A stretch of 61,327 bases of DNA from an uncultured Gammaproteobacteria bacterium (GTDB taxonomy: Bacteria > Patescibacteriota > Patescibacteriia > UBA9934 > GWF2-40-263), in the NCBI GenBank assembly GCA_964399675.1, contig CAYNRK010000002.1, positions 112,982-174,308 on the forward strand, written 5' to 3'. Each line of letters starts with the position of its first letter. The first letter of the stretch is position 1. Below the pieces are notes generated by a model. The model was not told the DNA's origin and made no database searches. It saw only the letters and a list, made by a program, of their open reading frames with translations. A program made the position numbers and the translations under genes. Positions 27,825-37,205 of the stretch are shown here, in pieces.

Positions 27825-27939
27825 AACGACCTCTGGAGTGGAAACCCTTGACCAAAGGTCTCGACAAAACCTCATTGCCCCTATACCCCATGACCCAGCA
27901 AACAACAAGGCTAAGTGGTTACAGCTGCCAGAGGTCGTT
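27825..27939 (-). ncRNA. Compact 6S-RNA-like structured RNA candidate
   Basis: 12-bp closing stem AACGACCTCTGG/CCAGAGGTCGTT, CCTTG/CAAGG helix, GACC-TTT-GGTC hairpin then CAAGGGTT; own promoter and terminator. Confidence 0.45.
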
Positions 27940-27945
27940 CGTAGT

Positions 27946-27974
27946 ATTTCATCAACAAACAAAAAAGTTGTCAA
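27946..27974 (-). promoter_or_regulatory. Promoter TTGACA-N17-TGAAAT
   Basis: Predicted start site coincides with the 5' end of the closing stem. Confidence 0.45.
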
Positions 27975-27989
27975 TTTAAAATCAACATT

Positions 27990-28376
27990 ATGAGCAAAAC
28001 AATATTGGTAGACGCTTGGAATACATTTGTTACCAAGGATGGTGTTTTTCAAGAAATGAAACAGCTTCTTGATAAGTTTGACAATAAAAAAATAATCCTG
28101 ACCAATGCAAACGATGAGGAAAAGCAAGAGTACGGCATTGTTGATATGCCATACGAAGTTTTTGGTTTATCCCACAACCCAGACAAAACAGATCCGGAGT
28201 TTTACAGAAAAATGTTGGATCATTTTTCATTGTCTTCTCAAGACGTTGTTTACTTTGAGCACAACACAGAAGCTGTTGAGTCAGCTAAATTAGCTGGGAT
28301 ACAGGCCGTCTATCACTATGACAAGGACAAGAAAGATCTTGTTGGTTTAGAAAAATTTTTAACTGCAAATATCTAG
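27990..28376 (+). CDS. Small HAD-like hydrolase
   Basis: ILVDAWNTF, ILTNA, PDKTDP, YFEHN motif order. Confidence 0.7.
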   Translation: MSKTILVDAWNTFVTKDGVFQEMKQLLDKFDNKKIILTNANDEEKQEYGIVDMPYEVFGLSHNPDKTDPEFYRKMLDHFSLSSQDVVYFEHNTEAVESAKLAGIQAVYHYDKDKKDLVGLEKFLTANI

Positions 28377-28402
28377 AAGCTGTCGATTATTTTCGCTTTG
28401 CA

Positions 28403-28456
28403 AAAAAACACTTATACCAACCGTGACGATCGTCACGGTTGGTATAAGTGTTTTTT
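28403..28456. repeat. CGATCG-centred perfect palindrome (54 bp)
   Basis: AAAAAACACTTATACCAACCGTGA-CGATCG-TCACGGTTGGTATAAGTGTTTTTT. Confidence 0.9.
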
Positions 28457-28534
28457 ACCGACCTTTTATGAAATCAATATTTACCAAAATAATCCAAACA
28501 AAAAAACTCCGAAATTGTTCTCGGGGTTTTTTAA

Positions 28535-28563
28535 TTGACCTGTATAACAAAGCGTGTTATCGT
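28535..28563 (+). promoter_or_regulatory. Promoter TTGACC-N17-TATCGT
   Basis: Upstream of the P-loop gene. Confidence 0.55.
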
Positions 28564-28592
28564 TCTCCATCGCCCTTTCCATGGAGGGAGAA

Positions 28593-29162
28593 ATGCTGGT
28601 TCTGGTAACGGGAATCGGAAACGTTGGCAAAAGTCACTATCGCCGGCTTCTCGTCCAGACTCTGAGAAGCAACAGATTCAAAGCAGAGCACTTTGACGTT
28701 GACCGATTCGCAGAACTGCGCGATCAAACAGACAGTGATCTACTGACGATCCTGCCTGATTGCCTCGAAGACGACGTGATCTACATCGTTGAAGACGTGC
28801 ATGCTCCAACAGACCAGGCGCTGCTTCCGCTTGAGCGCTACGACCTCATCTTCCTCGTGACAACCGATCTGCGATCGCATTTGCGCTTCTGGTTTGGACG
28901 CGCGCGACACTGGCACAAAGACGGCAAGTTTGACTGGGATCCTGAAACCGGATTCAAAGGCAGCGGTCGTTCAAATGACTGGCGGAATCTTCCGAAAATC
29001 GTCCGGACTGTTCTGCGTCATCTTGCACACCGCAAGCACCTGGAGCATGACAGGGTTTCGCTAAGCGGTTGCGGGGTCATCACTCAAAAGGTGGAATCTG
29101 TCTGGTCGAAAAACGGCCCAGTGTTTCCACCAATCTCACTCATGCTCTTCCCGCCTCTTTAG
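28593..29162 (+). CDS. P-loop NTPase / nucleotide-kinase-like protein (GC-rich)
   Basis: LVTGIGNVGKS Walker A; GGAGGGAG RBS; CCGCCT/AGGCGG terminator with T-run at the stop. Confidence 0.75.
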   Translation: MLVLVTGIGNVGKSHYRRLLVQTLRSNRFKAEHFDVDRFAELRDQTDSDLLTILPDCLEDDVIYIVEDVHAPTDQALLPLERYDLIFLVTTDLRSHLRFWFGRARHWHKDGKFDWDPETGFKGSGRSNDWRNLPKIVRTVLRHLAHRKHLEHDRVSLSGCGVITQKVESVWSKNGPVFPPISLMLFPPL

Positions 29163-30117
29163 GCGGTTTTCTTATTTGTGGCAATAATTTTGAAATAGTT
29201 CTCCAGGCAAACTCTGCATCTTCATCATCTTTAGTGATCTCAATCGCTCTTAACATAAAAGATATTGCACGTTCAACAAGTGCAAAACGAATTGCATCAG
29301 GAACCAAGTTTCTTTCTTCCTTTGTTAATTTTCTTTTTGTTTCATAACCTTCAAGCAAAGCCTGGAACCGAGTCTTATCCCATTGTTTCCAATCATCAAT
29401 AAAACACCAACCGCGTGCAGCTTGGCCAAGGTCAAGTAAAAGTGTTCCAAAATAAGCGCGATCAAAATCTAAAATCGAAACTATTTTAGAACCTTGCCAA
29501 AGCACATGACGCTTTCCCAAATCCTCGTGCAATATTCCTTGTGGAAGCGAGTTTGGAAAATTTAAAAATTCAAGTTCAAATTCAACTTGGTTTACAAACT
29601 CTTTTGCAAAATCATAATCAGAAGACAAAATTACTTGCTTCTTTTTTTCAAAATAAGCTTTTGTGTTTTCAAGACCCCAAACGTGTTTGCGAACATGCTT
29701 TGTTTTAAAATCTTTTGTTAACGAATGCATCCAACCTATTGTTTCACCAAAAGTTCGAAGCTCTTCCAATGTTGGATCTTCCTTTGCATGAGCATCAACA
29801 AATTCCCGCAAGTATCCAAAACGACCATCCCAACCAACCACAAACTCGTTAGTTCTCGTTTTTATAATTTTTGAAACAGGAAAATTATTTTTATAGAGAT
29901 GTTGCAATATCTCAACCTCTGATTCAATCTCTTCTTTTGACCGCCAACGCACACCCAAAGGATTAAAGCGCAATATATAACTACTATTTTCTGTCTTAAT
30001 TTTGTACAAAAAATTACCACTTGTAGATATTGATTCAATCCCAATGATTTCACCAAAATCGTATTGACCAAGTATTTTCTCAAGTTCCTCTTTTGGTATT
30101 TCTTGTTTTGTAAGCAT
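29140..30117 (-). CDS. APH/choline kinase-like phosphotransferase (homoserine kinase type II-like)
   Basis: EIGIESIS..GNF.YKI, HEDLGKRHVL, ILDFD. Confidence 0.8.
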   Translation of the reverse strand: MLTKQEIPKEELEKILGQYDFGEIIGIESISTSGNFLYKIKTENSSYILRFNPLGVRWRSKEEIESEVEILQHLYKNNFPVSKIIKTRTNEFVVGWDGRFGYLREFVDAHAKEDPTLEELRTFGETIGWMHSLTKDFKTKHVRKHVWGLENTKAYFEKKKQVILSSDYDFAKEFVNQVEFELEFLNFPNSLPQGILHEDLGKRHVLWQGSKIVSILDFDRAYFGTLLLDLGQAARGWCFIDDWKQWDKTRFQALLEGYETKRKLTKEERNLVPDAIRFALVERAISFMLRAIEITKDDEDAEFAWRTISKLLPQIRKPPKEAGRA

Positions 30118-30160
30118 GTCTTTATTATTGATTGTAATGTAAAAGTGTAAACTTTAACAA

Positions 30161-30196
30161 TTGATGTAAAGTGACCATATGGTTAGTTTACATCAA
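30161..30196. repeat. CATATG-centred 36-bp imperfect palindrome overlapping the stop of the Cas2/PaaX-like gene
   Basis: TTGATGTAAA-GTGAC-CATATG-GTTAG-TTTACATCAA. Confidence 0.9.
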
Positions 30197-30742
30197 TGCT
30201 TCTTTTCCTATGTAAACCTTTACCCAATCAATAATACCCAAAAGATGTGCAAGGGCAACTGTGTCCTCGACAACATCTTTTTTTGTTGCAAAAACACTTA
30301 ACTGGATCATACGAAAATCTGCTGAGCAAAGAAATCGTCGCCAATAATTTCGTGCCTTGGTTGCACCGTTTGGAAAATCAAACATCACAATACATTGCCC
30401 GTCGTCTGGCAAATCAGTTTCTTCATTTCTAATTGAATCTTTTAAAACAGAAATAATTGCATCAGCGTTAAGTTTAACAATAACCTCTCCTCCCCGCTCT
30501 CTATCCTCAATCCATTTTTTCCTACGCAGTTCTTTTAATACCCGATTCTGTTTCCATCTTTCAATATCATCCTCATACATTTCATTCCACTGCTTTTTTG
30601 CTAAAGAAGCTTCATAGAAATATTTTGGTCCAGTATACGACCAATCAAAAAGAGGAGAAAGTAAATCTTGACCCTCCAATATTTTTAACAAAATTTTACT
30701 CTGAAGAGTTTGCCTCTTCTTTAACCTCTTTTTCTTTAACAT
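30188..30742 (-). CDS. wHTH plus Cas2/PaaX-C-terminal-like protein
   Basis: LKELRRKKWIE...VKLN (wHTH-like), then IVMFDFP..ARNYWRRFL...FRMIQLSVF, matching the Cas2/VapD/PaaX pattern; start MLKKKR at 30742. Confidence 0.75.
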   Translation of the reverse strand: MLKKKRLKKRQTLQSKILLKILEGQDLLSPLFDWSYTGPKYFYEASLAKKQWNEMYEDDIERWKQNRVLKELRRKKWIEDRERGGEVIVKLNADAIISVLKDSIRNEETDLPDDGQCIVMFDFPNGATKARNYWRRFLCSADFRMIQLSVFATKKDVVEDTVALAHLLGIIDWVKVYIGKEALM

Positions 30743-30755
30743 AGTGGAAAATAGA

Positions 30756-30791
30756 TTGATGTAAAGTTTCCATATGGTCATTTTACATCAA
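30756..30791. repeat. CATATG-centred 36-bp imperfect palindrome upstream of the Cas2/PaaX-like gene
   Basis: TTGATGTAAA-GTTTC-CATATG-GTCAT-TTTACATCAA. Confidence 0.9.
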
Positions 30792-30826
30792 TTCACTCTT
30801 TGTTCCAAAACCAAAATAACACAATA

Positions 30827-30853
30827 GAAAAACCGGGGTTGTGTTCCCCGGTT
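30827..30853 (-). terminator. Terminator of the ABC exporter
   Basis: AACCGGGG/CCCCGGTT stem plus T-run. Confidence 0.65.
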
Positions 30854-30854
30854 A

Positions 30855-32621
30855 TCACATGAATCCTCCTGCTTGGATTTCCCACAAATTTCGATACATG
30901 CCGTTTTTTCTCCGCAACAGCTGTTTGTGAGTTCCAGAATGGAGAACTTTTCCGTCCTCGATCTCAAGGATTCGATCCATCTTCATGATTGTGGAGAGTC
31001 TATGCGCGATCACAATAGTGGTTTTTTCGCTCATCAACTCGTCGAGCGCTTCTTGGATTAGTGCCTCAGACTCGGAGTCAAGACTTGATGTTGCTTCGTC
31101 AAGAATTAGAATCGGAGCGTTTTTGAGAATTGCACGAGCAATAGCCACACGCTGACGCTCACCGCCTGAGAGCTTAACGCCACGCTCACCAACATAAGTT
31201 TCGTAAGCATCTGGAAGCTCCATGATGAATTCGTGACAGCGCGCCTTTTTGGCAGCTTCCATCACCTCTTCATCTGTTGCATCACGCAAGCCGTAGCGGA
31301 TGTTGTCCATGATTGATCTGTGAAACAGAATCGGATCCTGTGGCACCATTGTAATTTGACTACGCAAACTGTCTTGAGTTACACGATCGATCCGCTGGTT
31401 TCCAACAATAATCTTCCCTCGCTCTACATCATAAAGACGCATGAGAAGCTTAACAATTGTTGTCTTCCCTGCCCCAGAAGATCCTACAAGAGCAATCTTT
31501 TCTCCTGCTTTGATCTCAAGATCCAGCCCCTTTAACACACGACGTGTCTTGTGAAAACTAAAGTAAACGTTTTCAAACACGATTCGTCCGGTTTGCACAT
31601 CAAGCTCTTTTGCGTTTCTCCGATCCGTAACTTCAAGAGGGGTATCCAGAACCTGAACCATTTCATCGGCATTTGCAAAAGCTTCGTACATGTAACGAAC
31701 TGATCGCCCAATGTCCCAAAGCTTTCCAAACATCACAATCAGATAACTTTGAATCAAGGCAAAGTCACCAATTGTGAGAACGCCTTTTTGCCAAAGCTGG
31801 ATTGCAAAATACATAAGCCCAAACTCGATAAGAACCATGAGTCCGGCTTGTGTTGCATCCACAACCTCACCCAGGTTCCAGGTGAATGTACGCATCTTTC
31901 GAAGCTTTTCAGTTACTTTCTTGTAACGCCCGATTTCGTCATCAAAACCTGTGAACAATTTCACGGTTACTGCGTTTGTGATTCCATCAGCCAGTACTGC
32001 TGTTGCTTTGGAATCAAGCTCTGCTTTTTCAGCATCATATTTGATCTTCCACATTGCAAAGCCAATGTTGAATGCCAAAAAGACAATGAGCCAAACCGCA
32101 AGTATTCCTGCAAGTCCTGGATGTCGACCGTAAAGCACAATCAAATACCCGGTCAAAACCACTGCCAAAGGAAGGAATTTGAAAGATACTTGATCAGTAA
32201 GATTCTCAAATGCTCGCGAAAGCCTGTTTACTCGCTTAACAAGCGATCCTGTGAACATGTTGTTAAAGAATCGATATGAGTGTTTATGAAGGTACGCTTG
32301 AGCGGTCTGTGTTAGATCCGCCATAATGCGCGGTTGAAGTTTGTTGTTCAAGAGCGCAACCATTCTCCAAGATGCCCAGCATATTCCGTTAAGAATCAGG
32401 ATGATGAAAATTGTATTGATGAGTTGATCGCTAACGGTTGTTCCTGTTAACACAACCTCACCTGCAATCACATCAAAGAAGCGTTTATAAAACATCGGCA
32501 CAACCAGATAAACACCTTCTGAGATTACAATACCGGAAAGCATAATCATTACCGGCAACTTGTACGGTTTTACATGATCAAACATTACTCGGATGATGGA
32601 TTTGATGTTGATTTTTCTCAT
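30855..32621 (-). CDS. ABC exporter, fused permease/ATPase (MsbA/MdlB-like)
   Basis: TM domain; GSSGAGKT, LSGGERQR, ILDEATSSLD, IAHRLST. Confidence 0.95.
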   Translation of the reverse strand: MRKINIKSIIRVMFDHVKPYKLPVMIMLSGIVISEGVYLVVPMFYKRFFDVIAGEVVLTGTTVSDQLINTIFIILILNGICWASWRMVALLNNKLQPRIMADLTQTAQAYLHKHSYRFFNNMFTGSLVKRVNRLSRAFENLTDQVSFKFLPLAVVLTGYLIVLYGRHPGLAGILAVWLIVFLAFNIGFAMWKIKYDAEKAELDSKATAVLADGITNAVTVKLFTGFDDEIGRYKKVTEKLRKMRTFTWNLGEVVDATQAGLMVLIEFGLMYFAIQLWQKGVLTIGDFALIQSYLIVMFGKLWDIGRSVRYMYEAFANADEMVQVLDTPLEVTDRRNAKELDVQTGRIVFENVYFSFHKTRRVLKGLDLEIKAGEKIALVGSSGAGKTTIVKLLMRLYDVERGKIIVGNQRIDRVTQDSLRSQITMVPQDPILFHRSIMDNIRYGLRDATDEEVMEAAKKARCHEFIMELPDAYETYVGERGVKLSGGERQRVAIARAILKNAPILILDEATSSLDSESEALIQEALDELMSEKTTIVIAHRLSTIMKMDRILEIEDGKVLHSGTHKQLLRRKNGMYRNLWEIQAGGFM

Positions 32622-32697
32622 AGTTTTAGTCCTCCTATTATACCTCATTCGGGGCTAGCCAATTCCGGAAACTTTTATTTAAATAAATACCGCCCTT

Positions 32698-33021
32698 TTA
32701 GGCGGCGCTTATCTGATCGATTTGGATCTTAGTGTATGGCTGTCTGTGTCCAACGTTTCGTCTGTAACGAGACTTGGATTTAAACTTGATCACGGGAATC
32801 TTTTTCGCGCGACCATGCTCAACTACAGTTGCCTTCACTTTAGCACCGCTTACAGTTGGTGTTCCAACCGCTGTATCTGTTCCATCTTCGTTTGCAACCA
32901 ACATGGCATCAAACAAAAGACTAGCCCCCTCATCATTTGGTAGTTTTTCAACTCGAAGCACTTGTCCTTGTTTGACAAGGTATTGCTTTCCTCCGGTGTT
33001 GATAACGGCTAGTTTTGTCAT
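32698..33021 (-). CDS. rplU: 50S ribosomal protein L21
   Basis: AVINTGGKQYLV...GHRQPYT. Confidence 0.98.
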   Translation of the reverse strand: MTKLAVINTGGKQYLVKQGQVLRVEKLPNDEGASLLFDAMLVANEDGTDTAVGTPTVSGAKVKATVVEHGRAKKIPVIKFKSKSRYRRNVGHRQPYTKIQIDQISAA

Positions 33022-33045
33022 AGTTTTGAGTTAACGAGAGCAATA

Positions 33046-33549
33046 TTACTCAATTGGAATATGTATGTCAAGCCGATCACCAATCTTGATATTATGCTCT
33101 TTTACAAAACCTGCGTTAACTTCCAGCACACGATTTACCGGAGTTTTAGCAAAATAATCACTCTTTGGCGGATCTTCTGGAGGAACATTTTCTGTTATGT
33201 CCACAATCTCGTTATCATCAATCCAAATAAAATCTAATGAAAACCTCATGTCTTTCATCCAATATTGATGCTTTGCCTTATTTTCATAAATGAAAAGAAG
33301 GCCGTGGTTTTGATCTAATGAATCACGATTTGAAAGTCCTTGAGATCTTTCTTTAGACGAATCAGCAATTTCTACTTTGATTTCTGTTCCATTTTGAAAA
33401 ACAATTTCTCCAAACGACAACTCTGATTCAGATCTATCAAACCTATCCAAAAGTCCTTTATAAAAATCCGGACCCTCAAGCAAATACGCTCCAGTCAAAA
33501 GCAATACCAAAAAAATTAATAAAACAGATGATGTGCTACGAAGTCTCAT
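33046..33549 (-). CDS. DUF192 family protein
   Basis: VEIAD..ERSQGL..R, GLLF, WMKDMRFSLD, VLEVNAG. Confidence 0.9.
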   Translation of the reverse strand: MRLRSTSSVLLIFLVLLLTGAYLLEGPDFYKGLLDRFDRSESELSFGEIVFQNGTEIKVEIADSSKERSQGLSNRDSLDQNHGLLFIYENKAKHQYWMKDMRFSLDFIWIDDNEIVDITENVPPEDPPKSDYFAKTPVNRVLEVNAGFVKEHNIKIGDRLDIHIPIE

Positions 33550-34586
33550 ACTTTATTTTGTTTTTCTTTTTGAACAAGAAATGTTGCGCCTAAAAACATA
33601 AGTAAACACAAGATGATGAGTGCAACAAGTTTTTCGCGACTTTGGAGAAACAATGTGCTTACACCAAAAATAGTCGCAATTATTATGTAAAGTAAAATAA
33701 CTCTGTTCTGTCCCCAACCTAATGAAAATAATCTATGGTGCAAATGTTTTTTATCTCCATGAACAATTCTTCTTAAACCACCTTGTTTAAATCGTCTGAG
33801 AACCACCCACACAACATCAAGCAAAGGAATACCTAAAACCAAAAGTGCTGTGGCAAGTTTTCCTCCAGAGATCACGGCAAGCACACCAATAAGAAAACCA
33901 ACAAGCGTGCTTCCACCTTCTCCCAAAAAAATCGAAGCTGGATGAATATTCCAAAACAAAAACCCAAGATAAGAACCAATCACGATCGCACTTAAAAGCG
34001 CAACGTCAGGTTGATAATACGCAACTGTCATGGACAGTAAAAAAACCATTAATGCGCCAACTGAACTGATTGAGGTTGCAAGACCATCAAGTCCGTCCAA
34101 AAACTTTGTTGTGTACATCACAACCATAAGCCAAACAAAAACTAAAATGTTTGATTGAATTGCAGTTAAATAAACAACGCCGCCAAAAGGGTTGGTCAAC
34201 TTTTCCACTTCAATACCAAACAAGATGGTAACCAAAGACGCGACGATCGGCGCAATAATGGACGAATGCGCTGGAAGATCGTATCTGTCATCAATGATCC
34301 CGCCAATAATCAAAATCAGTCCTGCCAATAAAACTCCAATGTAGTGCTGCGTTGTGATTTGTCCTGAAACAAGATTTGGTGAACTTGCAAGCACGCCAAT
34401 CACTGTTGCAGCAAATGCAAAAAAAATCGCCAACCCTCCAAGTTGTGCGGTTGGGCGTTTGTGAACCTTGCGAGGTTTTTCCGGTTTATCAACAAGTTTT
34501 ATTGAAATGGCTAAGCGCTTAACAAAAACTGTTGCAAGAAATGAAAGCAAAAACGCAAATAAACCCCAGGCAATCATCGTTGTCAT
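33546..34586 (-). CDS. MraY/WecA/TagO-family undecaprenyl-phosphate GlcNAc-1-phosphate transferase
   Basis: GIIDD, FLDGLDGLA, IFLGEGGS, DKKHLHHRL. Confidence 0.9.
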   Translation of the reverse strand: MTTMIAWGLFAFLLSFLATVFVKRLAISIKLVDKPEKPRKVHKRPTAQLGGLAIFFAFAATVIGVLASSPNLVSGQITTQHYIGVLLAGLILIIGGIIDDRYDLPAHSSIIAPIVASLVTILFGIEVEKLTNPFGGVVYLTAIQSNILVFVWLMVVMYTTKFLDGLDGLATSISSVGALMVFLLSMTVAYYQPDVALLSAIVIGSYLGFLFWNIHPASIFLGEGGSTLVGFLIGVLAVISGGKLATALLVLGIPLLDVVWVVLRRFKQGGLRRIVHGDKKHLHHRLFSLGWGQNRVILLYIIIATIFGVSTLFLQSREKLVALIILCLLMFLGATFLVQKEKQNKV

Positions 34587-37204
34587 AGACTTTCTGATTT
34601 TTCAATTCTAATCTTTCCTCCTTTTTCCAACACAATTTTATCCCGTCTTTGAATTTTTTCTTCAAGTAATGCATTTGCAATTGCATTTTCCACCTCTTCC
34701 TGAACAACACGCCTAAGCGGCCTTGCACCAAACTTTGGATCAAAACCTTTTTGCGCAAGCTCTTGCAACACCTCACCAGTTACTGAAAATCGAATTCCTT
34801 TTTCTTCAAGTCGGTTCTCAACTTTTTGAATCATAAGCTTAGCAATCTCAATCACATCATTTTGAGACAAAGGCTTAAATACAATAATGCCATCAAAGCG
34901 ATTAAGAAATTCCGGACGATAAATTCCTTTTAACTTTTCTTCTATAAGTTCAGTTTTAATAGATTCAATATCTCGATTTTGACCCAGGGCATCTTGAATA
35001 AATTCGGTTCCAGCGTTTGATGTTGCAATTATAATAGTGTTTGTAAAATCAATTGTTCTTCCGGTTGCATCTGTAAGCCGACCATCATCGAAAACTTGCA
35101 AAAATAAATTCAAGATTTCAGGATGTGCTTTTTCAAGTTCATCTAGCAAAAGAAGTGAGAATGGATTTTGTCGAATTGCTTCAGTAAGCAATCCACCTTG
35201 TTCAGATCCATGAGCGCCAATAAAACGTCTGATGCTGGTTGGGTCCTGATATTCAGACATGTCAAAACGAATCATTGAATCCTCGCTTCCAAAATAAGAT
35301 TCAGAAACTGTTTTAGCAAGTTCTGTTTTACCCACTCCTGTTGATCCAAGAAACAAAAACGTTGCAATTGGACGATCGCCTGAACGCATGTCTGATCGAG
35401 CGCGTCTTAGCGCGGCTGAAACAGCCTCAACTGCTTCGTCCTGACCAATTACCCGACCATGAATCTTTTCCTCCATATGAAGCAATGTGTCGCGTTCGTC
35501 TTTTTGCACACCAGTCACAGGCACTCCGGTTTTTGCAGAAACAATTTCACCAACATCTTCTGCTGTTACAAGCGCGTTCTCTCCTTTTGTTTTTGAAACA
35601 GAAAGCGCAACCTCACTTGCAACATTAATCGCCTTTTTTGGCAAAAATGATTCGTGCATGAATCGATCAGAAAGTTCAACAGCTTTTGCAACAGCATCAT
35701 AACTAAACACAACTTTGTGCTCGTATTCAATGCCTGCTATTTTTGATTCTAAAACCTGAATTGCTGTTTGAAGATCTGGCTCAGGAACATCTACTTTTTG
35801 GAAAACCCGACCAAGAATAGAACGTTCAACCGCAGCTGTGTATGCTTGTGGTGTTGAAGTTGCAATTGCAAATGTTCCACTGCGCGAAAGAAAATCCACA
35901 AACGTTGCAGCAAGATCTGCCGTTTGAGCGCTGCCGGCTGTTAGTCCTGTCATTTGTTCAATATCAGAAACAGCCAAAATAATATTACGAGATTTTGCAA
36001 CTTCATTAAGCCCTTGTATAAGACGCTGTTGTGCAATAGCCGGATCAACACCTGCAATCAAATGAGGAATTGACAAACGCACCAAACGCTTATCTTTTAA
36101 CACATCCGGAACCCTCTCTTCTACCATAAGCTCTGCAATACCAGCCAAAACATTTGTCTTCCCAACCCCATTTTGCCCAACCAAAACAACACTTTGCTTT
36201 CCACCTTCAATTATTCTAAATATGGATTCCAACTCTTTTTCACGACCAATAAGCATTGGCAAAGCTCCATTCACAGCTGCAGTTGTAAGATCTTCTGAAA
36301 ATGCATCCAGGATTGGTGTGGCAATAGAAGTCATTGCCCTGTTCATAGGACCGGTTGGTTTAAAAGCCGCTGCTTTTTGAAACTGTTTATAACGCTCTAT
36401 CATTTTTTCATTAATGCGAATCCAGTCAATCATGTTAACGAATTTTTGCTCATCAATGCCCTGGTCATACAACAATTCCTGAATGTATTCATCAGCGCGG
36501 TAACTTTCAAAAAAAATCTCAAGCGGACTTACTTCAGATCGTTTATTTTTTGCTGCATTGAAAAACGCACTCAATAACACGCGTTCAGTTAATTCTGAAA
36601 CCTGGGTTGCATCTCCTATTTGTCTGGTTGCCAAACGTTTTCCAAGCGGATCTTTTACTGAATCAAACGTAATACCCAAACGCCCAAAAACCACTGATGC
36701 TGTTTGATCGGCCATTGCAGCAACAAAAAGATGTAATGGTTCTATTTGTGTGTGTTTAAATTTCTGAGCAAGTGAAAAAGCTGCTTCAACAACCTCAGTG
36801 CTTGTTGAAGAAAAAAATTGTTTGATATGAACATTTGTTTCTGAAGATGTAACTTGTTCTATTTGAGACAGTTCATCAGGTGATGCGTGTGGGATTGCTT
36901 CGCGTGAAACATTTGTTAAAACTCGGTGATAAATAGTAAAAGCCAAAGCAAGAAGTCCAAATGAAAGAAGCAGCGTTGCAAGAGAAGGTGTAAACCAAAA
37001 GGTAAGTGAAAAAAGAGAAGTGATTCCTAAGGTCAATAACAAGAGCAACAAACCAAGAACAATAAACAATACTCCCAAAACAAACGAAACAACTCCGATG
37101 ACTTTTGTGGAAGTTTTTTTGCTAAGACGTTTTTGAATCACTGCAATATCAATTTCCTCGTCCCAAACAAATGTTTTATTTTGAAAGCTAAGTCCTAAAG
37201 GCAT
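34583..37204 (-). CDS. ClpA/ClpC-like double AAA+ ATPase with N-terminal TM segments
   Basis: Clp-N repeats; D1 GQNGVGKT; D2 GSTGVGKT, LDELEKAHP, RPEFLNRFD, GARPLRR. Confidence 0.9.
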   Translation of the reverse strand: MPLGLSFQNKTFVWDEEIDIAVIQKRLSKKTSTKVIGVVSFVLGVLFIVLGLLLLLLTLGITSLFSLTFWFTPSLATLLLSFGLLALAFTIYHRVLTNVSREAIPHASPDELSQIEQVTSSETNVHIKQFFSSTSTEVVEAAFSLAQKFKHTQIEPLHLFVAAMADQTASVVFGRLGITFDSVKDPLGKRLATRQIGDATQVSELTERVLLSAFFNAAKNKRSEVSPLEIFFESYRADEYIQELLYDQGIDEQKFVNMIDWIRINEKMIERYKQFQKAAAFKPTGPMNRAMTSIATPILDAFSEDLTTAAVNGALPMLIGREKELESIFRIIEGGKQSVVLVGQNGVGKTNVLAGIAELMVEERVPDVLKDKRLVRLSIPHLIAGVDPAIAQQRLIQGLNEVAKSRNIILAVSDIEQMTGLTAGSAQTADLAATFVDFLSRSGTFAIATSTPQAYTAAVERSILGRVFQKVDVPEPDLQTAIQVLESKIAGIEYEHKVVFSYDAVAKAVELSDRFMHESFLPKKAINVASEVALSVSKTKGENALVTAEDVGEIVSAKTGVPVTGVQKDERDTLLHMEEKIHGRVIGQDEAVEAVSAALRRARSDMRSGDRPIATFLFLGSTGVGKTELAKTVSESYFGSEDSMIRFDMSEYQDPTSIRRFIGAHGSEQGGLLTEAIRQNPFSLLLLDELEKAHPEILNLFLQVFDDGRLTDATGRTIDFTNTIIIATSNAGTEFIQDALGQNRDIESIKTELIEEKLKGIYRPEFLNRFDGIIVFKPLSQNDVIEIAKLMIQKVENRLEEKGIRFSVTGEVLQELAQKGFDPKFGARPLRRVVQEEVENAIANALLEEKIQRRDKIVLEKGGKIRIEKSESL

Positions 37205-37205
37205 A

